From an uncultured bacterium (GTDB lineage: Bacteria > Armatimonadota > Hebobacteria > CAIYQO01): DNA of 64,000 bases. This document shows positions 8,681 through 18,173 of the stretch, in pieces (the stretch's first letter is position 1; every line of letters begins with the position of its first letter). The DNA is taken from the NCBI GenBank assembly GCA_964638715.1, contig CAZWZF010000020.1, positions 6,653 to 70,652 of the forward strand. The letters are read 5' to 3'. The notes beneath the pieces were generated by a model that was given only the letters and a program-made list of their open reading frames with translations, made no database searches and was not told the origin of the DNA. The position numbers were made by a program, and so were the translations under genes.

Positions 8681-8778
8681 TTAGAATACCGCAAAATGTG
8701 AACAATTACATGAAACCATTGAATTTTTCAACTATTTCTGGTATAAAAACAATGTATTCAATTAGTGGGGGATTTACT

Positions 8779-9252
8779 ATGAAGTGGTTTGCTTTTATTG
8801 GTTTGCTGATTGTTTTGCTGTTATGCGGATGCACGCAGGATGGCACTTTGCGGCATGATGTTAACACCGGCAGCAATGGCTCGCTGGACGGATTATCCAT
8901 CACGCCTGCCCCGCAAAGCCTGGGCATCGCGACAGACACAGAGTTTTATCTTGATTGGGCAGTAAACACCTCGCCGCCATCCACCTTCACGGTAACCTTG
9001 CGAAAAATCGAGAAAAACGGCGACACCCACCTGGTACGTACCGTTTTAGATACATTAAGTACCGGCCATTATCGCCTGTACAAAGATTGGAACTTGGACA
9101 CTCAGTCATTTTATATGCTGGAGATAATAGGCGGCGGCAAACAAGTACGCACCATCTACCTCACCGGCGGCACATCCGGCGCCCAAAAACGCAATTCCGG
9201 CGAGGAAAAAGGCGAAGAAACGCACGAAGTTAAATTGACAATTGACAATTGA
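8779..9252 (+). CDS. Hypothetical lipoprotein
   Basis: MKWFAFIGLLIVLLLCGCTQDG is a signal peptide with a LCGC lipobox. The start was chosen at the internal Met preceded by a GTGGGGGA RBS-like stretch. There is a T-run directly after the stop. Confidence 0.5.
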   Translation: MKWFAFIGLLIVLLLCGCTQDGTLRHDVNTGSNGSLDGLSITPAPQSLGIATDTEFYLDWAVNTSPPSTFTVTLRKIEKNGDTHLVRTVLDTLSTGHYRLYKDWNLDTQSFYMLEIIGGGKQVRTIYLTGGTSGAQKRNSGEEKGEETHEVKLTIDN

Positions 9253-9295
9253 GATTTTTTTTTATCCATGTTAATTTTCTCCCGTAACCAAGTCA

Positions 9296-9332
9296 CAAAA
9301 AAGCGGGGCGGATTTCTCCGTCCCGTTTAAGT
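9296..9332 (-). terminator. Probable terminator between the convergent lipoprotein and lpxA genes
   Basis: The minus strand reads aaacgggacggagaaatccgccccgcttttttgtg, an imperfect GC stem followed by a U-run. On the plus strand a T9 run directly follows the lipoprotein stop (9254-9262). Confidence 0.45.
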
Positions 9333-9389
9333 TGCATTTTGTTAAGTTATAAAAAGCCGGTGGCCGTGTTTCCCTTCTTTTCGTTTAAC

Positions 9390-10187
9390 TTAGCAGGATG
9401 AAACCATGCTTTTTTGTTCCAAATGTCTTCCTGATCGTCCGCTTAATTCCAGGAACTCTATGAACTCCTGTACTTCCGGGAAATCGTTGGGTTTTTCTTT
9501 TGCTTCTGCTATCAGTCTGCTCAGATTTCCTTTGTTCACTAACAATTTGAATATCTCTTTCAATTCGTTGCGGGTTTTGCTGCTGACATTGTTTCTGCGC
9601 AACCCGACTCCGTTAAGTCCAATTAACCGCATCGGATTTCCCTCTGCGATTACAAATGGCGGCACATCGTGGGTAATTTTGCTGAGTCCGCCGACCATTG
9701 CCAGTCTGCCGATATGCACATTTTGATGTATGCCGGCCAGTCCACCGAGTACTACGCGATCATCTACCTGGCACCCGCCGCTGATTCCCACGTAATTTGT
9801 AATGTAAATGTTATTGCCAATTTTACAATTATGCCCAATATGGCTGTATGCCATCAGCATATTGTTATCGCCAATAACGGTCATGCAGCATTCGCCAACT
9901 GCGGAATGCACAGTAACGAACTCGCGAATGATGTTGTTGTCACCAATTATCACCCCGGATTTTTCGCCGTGATATTTTTTATCCTGGGGTGGTTCTCCCA
10001 ATACGGCGTGCGGGGATATGTGACAATCATTGCCGATTTTTGTGAGTCCTGAAACGATAGTGTGAGGCCCTATGACAGTACGGTTGCCGATATTAACATC
10101 GGGACCGATTACCGCGTAAGGGCCAATTTCAACGTCATCGCCCAGCACAGCACGCACATCGACTATTGCTGTGGAATGAATTTTCAA
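9390..10187 (-). CDS. lpxA: Acyl-ACP--UDP-N-acetylglucosamine O-acyltransferase LpxA
   Basis: Hexapeptide-repeat left-handed beta-helix protein (KIHSTAIVD...IGPYAVIGPDVNIGNRTVIGPHTIV...). The start is a TTG 5 nt downstream of the fabZ stop, with AAGGAAGGG 7 nt upstream. The track's ATG at 10250 lies inside fabZ. Confidence 0.9.
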   Translation of the reverse strand: MKIHSTAIVDVRAVLGDDVEIGPYAVIGPDVNIGNRTVIGPHTIVSGLTKIGNDCHISPHAVLGEPPQDKKYHGEKSGVIIGDNNIIREFVTVHSAVGECCMTVIGDNNMLMAYSHIGHNCKIGNNIYITNYVGISGGCQVDDRVVLGGLAGIHQNVHIGRLAMVGGLSKITHDVPPFVIAEGNPMRLIGLNGVGLRRNNVSSKTRNELKEIFKLLVNKGNLSRLIAEAKEKPNDFPEVQEFIEFLELSGRSGRHLEQKSMVSSC

Positions 10188-10191
10188 CGTT

Positions 10192-10647
10192 TCACCCTTC
10201 CTTTTCCTCTGTATTATAGGTAGGATTGGGCACCAGCATGAATGATGCAATGCCGCTCATTGCGACTTCATCGCCAACTTTGGAGATTATTTCGCATTTA
10301 CCGAAGCTTTTGCGCAGATTAGTGATGGTAACTTCAGTAATCAGTTGATCGCCCGGCACTACTTTACGTCGAAATTTCACTTCGTCGATGCCGGCAAACA
10401 AGCCTAATTTCCCTTTATTTTCCGGCATTGACATCATCAATAGAGACCCTATCTGCGCGGCATGCTCAACTATCAGCACCCCTGGCATAATCGGATTTCC
10501 CGGAAAATGACCCTGGAAAAATGGCTCGTTCATGGTAACGCATTTCAACCCAACCGCACGTTTGCCCGGTTCAAGTTCTAATATCCTGTCTACCAGTAAA
10601 AACGGATAACGGTGCGGGTTAGTATTCATGATCTGAACAATATCCAA
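10192..10647 (-). CDS. fabZ: 3-hydroxyacyl-ACP dehydratase FabZ
   Basis: ...NPHRYPFLLVDRILELEPGKRAVGLKCVTMNEPFFQGHFPGNPIMPGVLIVEHAAQ... is the hot-dog fold with the catalytic His and PGVL motif. The TTG start at 10647 has a GGGAGG RBS 7 nt upstream. Confidence 0.9.
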   Translation of the reverse strand: MDIVQIMNTNPHRYPFLLVDRILELEPGKRAVGLKCVTMNEPFFQGHFPGNPIMPGVLIVEHAAQIGSLLMMSMPENKGKLGLFAGIDEVKFRRKVVPGDQLITEVTITNLRKSFGKCEIISKVGDEVAMSGIASFMLVPNPTYNTEEKEG

Positions 10648-10682
10648 GCTAAAACCTCCCGATTTCGTCGCGTCGACGCATA

Positions 10683-11507
10683 TTATTTAACTGCGTATTT
10701 TACGCGCAGATTTTTTGCCATCTCGACATGGCTGTAATGTCCGCTGCGCACCGCAGTTATTCTGCCTTGCAAGCGGAATCCGGTTAATGCCAGGTCGCCC
10801 AATAAATCAAGCACCTTGTGCCATGCCGGTTCATTATGCCTTACATCGTTATTTAAATAACCGGTTTCGGTGATTATAACCGCGTTATCCAATGACCCGC
10901 CTTTTGCCAATCCGCTGTCCAGCAAATGCCGCACTTCGCGTTCAAGTCCATAGGTACGGGCAGATATTATATTTTCAATTACATCAGCATCAGTAATGTC
11001 GCCGCCAGCGGTCATTCCGGTTATTTTCGTCCCGGGTATAGTAATTTCCGCAAACAGTTCCAATTTATCTGACGCAGCAACATTAATATGCGAATTGCCT
11101 GTTGCCATGTCATCTTTATCTAATGCAATCGTTAATATTTCGCCTTCTAAACACCTTATTCCTGCCTGTTTCAGAATATCGTACCATATTTTTGCTGCGC
11201 CTTCTAAAGCCGGCAATTCCGGGCCGTCAACCTCAATATACATATCGGTTATTCCGCATAGGTAAATGGCAGCCATCAAGTGTTCAATAGTGCGCAGACT
11301 GGCTCCATTATTTGCTATCCTGGTGCAGCGGGTGGTGTCATCCACATACTCCGCCAGCGCGGGAATTTCTATCCCATTAACTGCAAATATTATACCGCAT
11401 CCAGACGATGCCGGTTTGCCTATGACATTAACCTGCTGTCCGGTATGCAGTCCGATGCCATTAATATGCCATTCATTATTTACAGTCGCTCTTTTCATGT
11501 CGAACAA
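10683..11507 (-). CDS. lpxC: UDP-3-O-acyl-N-acetylglucosamine deacetylase LpxC
   Basis: 274 aa ...KRATVNNEWHINGIGLHTGQQVNV...HLMAAIYLCGITD...SGHYSHVEMA shows the LpxC domain pattern. An alternative ATG start lies at 11498. It forms an lpxC-fabZ-lpxA operon. Confidence 0.9.
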   Translation of the reverse strand: MFDMKRATVNNEWHINGIGLHTGQQVNVIGKPASSGCGIIFAVNGIEIPALAEYVDDTTRCTRIANNGASLRTIEHLMAAIYLCGITDMYIEVDGPELPALEGAAKIWYDILKQAGIRCLEGEILTIALDKDDMATGNSHINVAASDKLELFAEITIPGTKITGMTAGGDITDADVIENIISARTYGLEREVRHLLDSGLAKGGSLDNAVIITETGYLNNDVRHNEPAWHKVLDLLGDLALTGFRLQGRITAVRSGHYSHVEMAKNLRVKYAVK

Positions 11508-11709
11508 ATTATATCAAAAATTTAAAAAAGTATGAAATACATGAAATTTCGGATGAAAGTAGTACAGATTTTATAGGTTCTTAATCAAGCTATTTTTGTT
11601 GTATAAAGAATAATTCCATAGCCCATAGCATCGCTCTCACCCTTATACACATTTTTATCAAATATATTTTGACTCCAGAGGAGTCACATATTTATAGAAA
11701 AGAATCAAT

Positions 11710-11778
11710 CATGAGATTTTCGACCCCAGCGTGGGTCGCATATAATGACCGACAATCTGCTTTGTTATATGCGACCCG
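11710..11778. repeat. Long inverted repeat (24-bp arms, 21-nt loop) 3-prime of galT
   Basis: cgaccccagcgtgggtcgcatata ... tatatgcgacccgcgctggggtcg has one mismatch in 24. It is not followed by a U-run on the galT strand, so it is not a canonical intrinsic terminator. Confidence 0.6.
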
Positions 11779-11810
11779 CGCTGGGGTCGTCTCAAATAAC
11801 ACATTATTTT

Positions 11811-12857
11811 CTACCCTTCCAAATAATGCACTTCAGACTGCCCGTGTAAACTTTTCGCTGCCGATTCGGCGGTTATGTCTCGTTGCGGGTTGCCCAGCAT
11901 TTCAAAGCCTACCATAAATTTTTTCACGCTGGCACTGCGCAATAGCGGCGGGTAAAAATGCGCATGCAGGTGCCATTCTTCATGATTGCCGCCATCGGTG
12001 GGAGCATGGTGCCAGCCCATGGAATACGGGAAGGAGCATTTGAACAAGTTGTCATATTTGCAGGTGATTTTTTTCAGAATATCGGCAAGCGAGGCTTTTT
12101 CTTTTTCTGTTAATTCTGCCAGCGATTTCACATGGCGGCGCGGCAGCAGCATTGTCTCGAACGGCCATGTCGCCCAGAAAGGAACCAACACCATAAAATC
12201 GTCATTTTCAACTACGATTCTTTCCTTCGTTTCTGCCTCTATTTTCAAGTAATCGCACAACAGGCATGATTGGGTTTCTGCCAGGTATTTGCTTTGATTA
12301 ACCAATTCCTTGGCGGGTTCGCCGGGAATATTTTCACTGGCCCATATCTGGCCATGCGGATGCGGGTTGCTGCACCCCATCATGGCACCTTTATTCTCGA
12401 ATATCTGTACGTAATTAATATAATCGCAGGCACCAAGTTCGATATACTGGTCTACCCACACATTTATAACGCCGGTAATATCTTCAATGCTCATGCGTGG
12501 CAGCGTCAGGTCGTGACGCGGTGAGAAACAAATCACCCGACACTTGCCGCGGTCGGCCTTGGCGCGCAGCAGGTTATTAACGTTCATCACACCGTCCGGG
12601 GTATCCGGCAGCAATGCGCTGAAATCATTGTCAAACACAAAAGTACTGGCATATTTCGGATTGCTGACACCCTCAGCGCGGGTATTGCCGGGGCACAGGT
12701 AGCATTTGGGGTCATACTGCGGACGATTGTCGGCGATTGCATCCTCTACCGCCCCCTGCCAGGGACGTTTGCCACGGTGCGGCGACACCAGCAGCCATTC
12801 ACCGTTAAGCGGGTTAAAACGCTGATGCGGATGTTCCGACATATTAAAAGACATCAA
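11811..12857 (-). CDS. galT: Galactose-1-phosphate uridylyltransferase (GalT, HIT superfamily)
   Basis: [12 protein letters not shown] zinc motif, the HPHGQIWAS active-site motif (HxHxQ) and [16 protein letters not shown]. Confidence 0.85.
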   Translation of the reverse strand: MMSFNMSEHPHQRFNPLNGEWLLVSPHRGKRPWQGAVEDAIADNRPQYDPKCYLCPGNTRAEGVSNPKYASTFVFDNDFSALLPDTPDGVMNVNNLLRAKADRGKCRVICFSPRHDLTLPRMSIEDITGVINVWVDQYIELGACDYINYVQIFENKGAMMGCSNPHPHGQIWASENIPGEPAKELVNQSKYLAETQSCLLCDYLKIEAETKERIVVENDDFMVLVPFWATWPFETMLLPRRHVKSLAELTEKEKASLADILKKITCKYDNLFKCSFPYSMGWHHAPTDGGNHEEWHLHAHFYPPLLRSASVKKFMVGFEMLGNPQRDITAESAAKSLHGQSEVHYLEG

Positions 12858-12937
12858 AATTACCTCGGGAAAGTTTAAGTTGAATATATATCTTTCGATA
12901 AATGAAGTAAAATTCCCTGCTGAACCAAAATGATATT

Positions 12938-13021
12938 ATTCACCACAAAAAAACGCAAAGACCGCAAAAGAAGACTAATTAATAACCTCTTTTGCGGTCT
13001 TTGTGTTCCATTGCGGTGAAT
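12938..13021. repeat. MITE-like element, family B, short copy (about 84 bp) between galT and fabH
   Basis: attcaccacaaaaaaacgcaaagaccgcaaaag...cttttgcggtctttgtgttccattgcggtgaat has the same outer TIRs as 7737-7900, plus a perfect internal 15-bp inverted repeat (caaagaccgcaaaag / cttttgcggtctttg). Confidence 0.55.
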
Positions 13022-13041
13022 CTATATCTTTTCAAAACCTT

Positions 13042-14019
13042 CTACCAGCGCATTGCCATTGCACCCCAGGTTAAGCCGCCCCCGAAGCCGACGAGGATTA
13101 TCAGGTCGCCTTTGTTTACCCGTCCCTGCTCAACAGCTTCGCTGAGAGCCAGCGGGATTGAGCCGGCGCTGGTGTTGCCGTATTCCTGCAGATTTACCAT
13201 CCAGCGTTCGATAGGTATGCCCAGCCGTTTTGCTGATGCGTCGATGATGCGCATATTTGCCTGGTGCGGTATAACCAGCGCGATATCGTCGACGACGGCA
13301 TTAATGCGCGACAGCACTTCGCGAACAGATTCTTCCAGAGATCGCACTGCAAATTTAAATACTTCGGCACCATTCATGCGTAGAAAATGTTCGTGCTTTT
13401 CAATGGTTTCGATGGATGCAGGTCGGCGCGAACCGCCCGCCGGTATGGTCAGCAAATCCGCACCGCTGCCATCAGCGCGCAGGTAAGATGCTAATATTCC
13501 ACTTCCCTGTTCTGTCGGCTGCAATACGCATGCTCCGCCGCCATCACCCAATAATACGCAGGTGCCGCGATCGGTATAATCGGTAATGCGCGATAAAATA
13601 TCTCCGCCAACCACCAGGGCATTTTTATATAATCTTGAGCCGATGAGCGACGCACCGACTGTTAAGCCATAAATAAAACCGGTACAGGCGGCGGCAATGT
13701 CAAATGCGGCGGCGTGAGTTGCACCCAGAAGATTTTGCAGCAAACAAGCGGTGGATGGCATTAAAGTGTCGCCGGTCACCGATGCCACAATTATGCAATC
13801 AAGGTCTGCGGCGTCTAACTTGGCTTCTTCCAATGCTGCCTGGGCGGCTGGCAATACCATATCTGATAAAGCCATATCTGGATCAGCGATGTGTCGGGTG
13901 ATGATTCCGCTTCGTGAGCGTATCCACTCATCTGAAGTATCCACCAATTTTTCCAAATCAGCATTTGTCATAATATGTTTTGGAGCACAAGCCTTAATTG
14001 AAGTAATCCCTGCTGGCAT
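13042..14019 (-). CDS. fabH: 3-oxoacyl-ACP synthase III FabH
   Basis: The start was set at the internal Met so that MPAGITSIKACAPKHIMTNADLEKLVDTSDEWIRSRSGI aligns with the canonical FabH N-terminus (M...GTGSYLPE..RTNADLEKMVDTSDEWI). It carries the active-site C in AAACTGFIYGL and the C-terminal GFGGGLTWGA. The track ORF extends to 14052. Confidence 0.9.
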   Translation of the reverse strand: MPAGITSIKACAPKHIMTNADLEKLVDTSDEWIRSRSGIITRHIADPDMALSDMVLPAAQAALEEAKLDAADLDCIIVASVTGDTLMPSTACLLQNLLGATHAAAFDIAAACTGFIYGLTVGASLIGSRLYKNALVVGGDILSRITDYTDRGTCVLLGDGGGACVLQPTEQGSGILASYLRADGSGADLLTIPAGGSRRPASIETIEKHEHFLRMNGAEVFKFAVRSLEESVREVLSRINAVVDDIALVIPHQANMRIIDASAKRLGIPIERWMVNLQEYGNTSAGSIPLALSEAVEQGRVNKGDLIILVGFGGGLTWGAMAMRW

Positions 14020-14078
14020 AATAGTATTTAACAATTCAGAATCTTTAATCACAGAAATCCCCTTTCCATATCAACCTT

Positions 14079-14105
14079 GCGAATTAAGAAATATAATTCG
14101 CAACC
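14079..14105. promoter_or_regulatory. Candidate operator palindrome upstream of fabH: TTGCGAATT-N9-AATTCGCAA
   Basis: Perfect 9-bp inverted arms about 60 nt upstream of the fabH start on its strand. A related half-site, caaggttacgaatt, recurs about 25 nt further upstream. Confidence 0.4.
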
Positions 14106-14210
14106 ATATTTCAGCAAGGTTACGAATTATTCTTACAATTCACCCTGCAACTAAACTTTACCAGTGAATTGGTTATACGTCAATAACTATATGATGAATG
14201 TCGAATACAT

Positions 14211-14726
14211 TTACCGTTCAGCGACTACCACTGCATTATCAATTATATACAACATTTTATCATCAGGCTTTCCAGTCGCTACTTTTAATGTTCCATATAT
14301 ACTTACCGGCCAATCAGTTAAATCTAACTGTTTGCCATTAGCTACATTTACCTGCACAATTTCCGCTACTCCAGGTGGATTGCAAAAATAGCATCCGCGC
14401 GGCCTTCCAGCTATGAAGAACTGAGATGATGGACCTGCTTCATGAAAAGGAAGCATGAAGCCTTTGACGTGCACATATTTGTCAGACATCTGTGCAATAT
14501 CTGGCTTAACTATCGGTTTTTTTCCATATTCCCAACATCCCTGTTGTAAATTTTTCCAATCAATATCTGCATATTGACCGGAAGGTGCATGCTTTGAATA
14601 ACCCGGCAATTTAGGCCCAATTACCAATTGCATCAAATCTTTATCTGACATTACCCAAATGACAAGAAGAAGAACTATTACACCAATAGCAATTAAAATA
14701 TTCCTCTTTCGTTTTTTCTGATTCAT
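14211..14726 (-). CDS. DUF3299-like periplasmic/anchored protein associated with the ABC exporter
   Basis: 171 aa with an N-terminal TM anchor (ILIAIGVIVLLLVIWV). It is the last gene of the ABC ATPase-permease operon. The family assignment is from memory of its usual genomic context, with moderate confidence. Confidence 0.5.
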   Translation of the reverse strand: MNQKKRKRNILIAIGVIVLLLVIWVMSDKDLMQLVIGPKLPGYSKHAPSGQYADIDWKNLQQGCWEYGKKPIVKPDIAQMSDKYVHVKGFMLPFHEAGPSSQFFIAGRPRGCYFCNPPGVAEIVQVNVANGKQLDLTDWPVSIYGTLKVATGKPDDKMLYIIDNAVVVAER

Positions 14727-14729
14727 CTT

Positions 14730-15962
14730 TTACTCCTGAACTAATATATCTGCAACCGATAAACGATATGCGATAATAGCCGGCAATAAACCGGCAAAAA
14801 CACCTAAAATCAAAACACTTAATGCAACTACACCTTCTATCGGCTCAAAATGCCAGGCATTTAAGGCAATGCCAAAGCGAGTCATTACCATCGACGACCC
14901 TAACGCGGTAATTCCATGACCAAGCAGCCAACCTGATATAACACCAAACGCCGACAATACCGACGCCTCTAAAGCTATTACACGAAATACATCAACACGG
15001 GTAGCACCCAGGGAACGAATAACAGCAATATCGCGACGACGCTGGTGTATTGAATAGTACAGACTGATAAGTATCGTTAAAGATGACACAAAAACCACCA
15101 GGTAAGCCACTATTAACAAAATACCTTGTAATGGTGCAATAAACGTACTGGCAACTTTATCAATTTGATCTACCGGAACAACAGCCATGGCAGCTTGATG
15201 AGCATTTAAATCCTGGATTAAACGAAACCTGGCAGCGGGCTGATTAAGCCGTACCAGCAGTGAAGTTACTTCGCTGGTTGGATCGTGTCCCGGCTCAGGC
15301 TTTTCATCAGCATCAGGATGCGAGTGAACTATCCAGGTACTGTGATAATCAACATATACCGCGCGATCTATATTTGTTCCGGTTGGTGATAAAACACCGA
15401 CAACTGTATATGGAAATTGCGGGTGAAAATCATCACTTTTACCCCACCCGTGCGCACCGATTATCTTCTGTCCAATTTGTAAATCACTTCTCCTTGCGAC
15501 TTCAGACCCAACTACTGCTTCAAATGGTTTAATAAAACATTTCCCCTGTGCGAATAAGCCATCATTATTTATTGCTTTCCTGCCATCAAAAAAAGCCGGG
15601 ATGGTGCCAACAATCGGTGACCCGAAATAATTGTCACCCATAGTTAGTGGAATCACCCGCTCAACTACCGGGTCAGATTGCAGTCGTTTCCATACAGATA
15701 TGTTTACATTGCCAACTGGCGAATCCAGATAATACAGGCTGTTCAAGACAATCTGCAACGGACTTCCCTTTGCCCCTACAACAATATCCCAATTTGCGGT
15801 TTCTTTATTAAGTGTAGACTGAGTTTGAGTAGATAATATAAGAACTATTGTCGCGAGTGCCAGACCCAAAGCTACAGAAATAACAGTGAGTGATGTCATC
15901 AGTATCCGGGAACGAAGGTATGAAAAAATTAATTTAAAATCAGTCATTATAAAGCTCCTCAT
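14730..15962 (-). CDS. ABC transporter permease, FtsX-like (MacB/LolE family)
   Basis: 410 aa with an N-terminal TM, a large periplasmic domain and three C-terminal TMs, and the FtsX-like conserved region (RRRDIAVIRSLGATRVDVFRVIALEA). It overlaps the upstream ATPase gene by 23 nt. Confidence 0.8.
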   Translation of the reverse strand: MRSFIMTDFKLIFSYLRSRILMTSLTVISVALGLALATIVLILSTQTQSTLNKETANWDIVVGAKGSPLQIVLNSLYYLDSPVGNVNISVWKRLQSDPVVERVIPLTMGDNYFGSPIVGTIPAFFDGRKAINNDGLFAQGKCFIKPFEAVVGSEVARRSDLQIGQKIIGAHGWGKSDDFHPQFPYTVVGVLSPTGTNIDRAVYVDYHSTWIVHSHPDADEKPEPGHDPTSEVTSLLVRLNQPAARFRLIQDLNAHQAAMAVVPVDQIDKVASTFIAPLQGILLIVAYLVVFVSSLTILISLYYSIHQRRRDIAVIRSLGATRVDVFRVIALEASVLSAFGVISGWLLGHGITALGSSMVMTRFGIALNAWHFEPIEGVVALSVLILGVFAGLLPAIIAYRLSVADILVQE

Positions 15963-16620
15963 GTGTCACCCATGTTGAGGCATCGATAATGCGGGTAAAT
16001 CGTGAAGCGATACTGGTATCATGGCTAACCATGACAAGAGTGGAATTATGTGTGTCGCAAATACGGAACAGCATATCCAATATCGTTGCAGCATTCGTTT
16101 TATCCAGGCTTGCCGTAGGCTCATCTGCCAATATTACTGCCGGCTCATTTATCACCGCACGGGCTATTGCAACCCGCTGCTGCTCTCCGATAGATAATAA
16201 TTTCGGCATTGCATGGACACGTTTTGTTAACCCAACTTCGGTCAGCAATTTATCAGCATGATGATGTGCTTCTGATGCAGACCATTTTCTACCGTATCGC
16301 GCGCCTAATAATAAATTATCAGTCACCGTAAGGGTGGATAATAACTGAAATGACTGAAAAATAAGCCCTAAATGGTGACCGCGAAAAATGTCGACATCAT
16401 GAGAACTCATGCTGTCGATGCGTTCACCAGCGATAGTTATTGTGCCTTCATCAGGACGCAATAATCCCGCAAGAAGATTTAATAATGTTGTTTTTCCGCA
16501 CCCGCTGGGACCGCTGATAAGTATGCGTTCACCCTTTTTTATTGATAGTTCATCAACAGCCCAATGCAAGGTATGACCAAAGATTGAATAATTTTTTTTG
16601 ATATCATGACAATAAATCAT
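15940..16620 (-). CDS. ABC transporter ATP-binding protein (MacB/LolD type)
   Basis: Walker A GPSGCGKTT, signature LSIGEQQRVAIARA, Walker B ILADEPTASLD and H-loop MVSHD. Confidence 0.9.
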   Translation of the reverse strand: MIYCHDIKKNYSIFGHTLHWAVDELSIKKGERILISGPSGCGKTTLLNLLAGLLRPDEGTITIAGERIDSMSSHDVDIFRGHHLGLIFQSFQLLSTLTVTDNLLLGARYGRKWSASEAHHHADKLLTEVGLTKRVHAMPKLLSIGEQQRVAIARAVINEPAVILADEPTASLDKTNAATILDMLFRICDTHNSTLVMVSHDTSIASRFTRIIDASTWVTHEELYND

Positions 16621-16715
16621 GTTTTATGCTCCAAATATATAGCTGGCAATTACTGACACGATAATGCTAAATAACATTACATTTTACTGTATCAGCAATA
16701 ATGGTTGAGGATAAA

Positions 16716-17075
16716 TTAACCTGCTAATGTTGGAGGAGCGCGGGACGGAGTGAATATTGATACCGTGCGCTGAATGAAGGAAGCGGCACAAGGTGGATTT
16801 TCTATTTTTATCAACTCTACGGAATAAGTTGGTATTAAAAGTGAACCGCAACTATTGAAAGCATCCTGGACGAAACAAGCCGGGCATGAATCACCATTAT
16901 TGTTAACACTATTTGATATAAATACGGTGCAGTTGCTGTATAGATTTGTTTGCGATAGACGAAAATTATTATGGTTATGACCAGACAACCCGATACCTGC
17001 ATAAAACAGATACGGAATTAAAAACAGCAATAACCAGGTTTTTCTGAAACTTCGCAACACGTTACACTTTACCAA
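16716..17075 (-). CDS. Hypothetical secreted/membrane protein
   Basis: 119 aa with a hydrophobic N-terminus (WLLLFLIPYLFYAGIGL), several Cys and a GHNHNN stretch. It is upstream of the ABC operon. No family recognised. Confidence 0.3.
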   Translation of the reverse strand: MVKCNVLRSFRKTWLLLFLIPYLFYAGIGLSGHNHNNFRLSQTNLYSNCTVFISNSVNNNGDSCPACFVQDAFNSCGSLLIPTYSVELIKIENPPCAASFIQRTVSIFTPSRAPPTLAG

Positions 17076-17154
17076 TGATTTACTTTATGGTTGGATTATA
17101 CCTGTTTTTTACCCGAAAAGACAAAAATGAAACATCGTTAATTAAACCGGAAGT

Positions 17155-18045
17155 TTAATTCAACAATTGTCCCTGGGTAGAGGCGATGCGGATTTGACCG
17201 AATAGTTCTTTCTGGATGATGGTTATCCGGTGCATGCGCATCAGTTCCAGTACGGCGAGGAAGGTTATTATTATGGTGGTGCGGGTCAGCGGAAAATCGC
17301 AATCGGGGGTGAAAAATATATCGGCAAATACGACGCCGTCGGGACCGCATTTTTCCAATTGTTTCAGGATATACATCATCTGCTGGCGAATGCTTACGCG
17401 CGGGCGGGCAACCTCGCGAAATGTCGGTCCGGCGGCTTCCGCACGTGCCAGCACTTCCTGCAATGCCTTCCACAGGTTAAATGAATCCGGGTCGACAGAA
17501 AACTCGGGGTTTATCTTTGGCAATGGTATAGTGGCGACGATATCGGGACGCGATACGCATTGACTTCTTTCTTCTGCACGTTTTTGCAGTTCCTGGGCGG
17601 CGGATTTGTATTGGGTATATTCCAGCAAGCGGCGTACTAATTCTGCCCGCGGATCTTCATCTTCGTCCAATTTTTCTTCAATCATCGCCGGCGGTCGCGG
17701 CAGCAGCATGCGGGATTTAATTTCCAACAGGGTAGCCGCCATTACCAGAAACTCGCTTGCCAATTCAATATCCAGCACTTCCATTAATTTAATGTAATCT
17801 AAAAATTGCCGGGTGATGGATGAAATGGGGATATCGTTGATGTCGATTTCCTGGCGTTTGATGAAGTATAACAATAAATCCAGGGGACCTTCGAATAAAG
17901 GCACGCTCACCGGATATCCGGTGAAACGTGCCCTCAATTCGTCTGAAATATTTACTACATTCGTTGCTGTATACATAATTGTGAAAGTTGCAATGATAAA
18001 AACTGCTAACGGATGAATAATACCACAGTCCCACAGATAGCGCAA
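17155..18045 (-). CDS. scpA: Segregation and condensation protein A (ScpA)
   Basis: ...FEGPLDLLLYFIKRQEIDINDIPISSITRQFLDYIKLM... is the conserved ScpA N-terminal block. The true start is probably the internal Met at about 17976 (MYTATNVV...). Confidence 0.8.
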   Translation of the reverse strand: MRYLWDCGIIHPLAVFIIATFTIMYTATNVVNISDELRARFTGYPVSVPLFEGPLDLLLYFIKRQEIDINDIPISSITRQFLDYIKLMEVLDIELASEFLVMAATLLEIKSRMLLPRPPAMIEEKLDEDEDPRAELVRRLLEYTQYKSAAQELQKRAEERSQCVSRPDIVATIPLPKINPEFSVDPDSFNLWKALQEVLARAEAAGPTFREVARPRVSIRQQMMYILKQLEKCGPDGVVFADIFFTPDCDFPLTRTTIIITFLAVLELMRMHRITIIQKELFGQIRIASTQGQLLN

Positions 18046-18173
18046 GGGGAAATTGAAAACACTATGGGTAGAGTTGAAAATATTTTCATTTATTTTTTTA
18101 CATTTAATTTACGCAAAAGCGATAATTATTATTGAAGTAATCGTTCCAATATGCTATCCTGCCAAAAAATGAG

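Noticed and set aside
11669-11917. Track ORF 11669..11917 (+) spanning the long inverted repeat downstream of galT
   Set aside because: The ORF is created by the palindrome and overlaps the galT 3-prime end antisense. No RBS and no coding signal.
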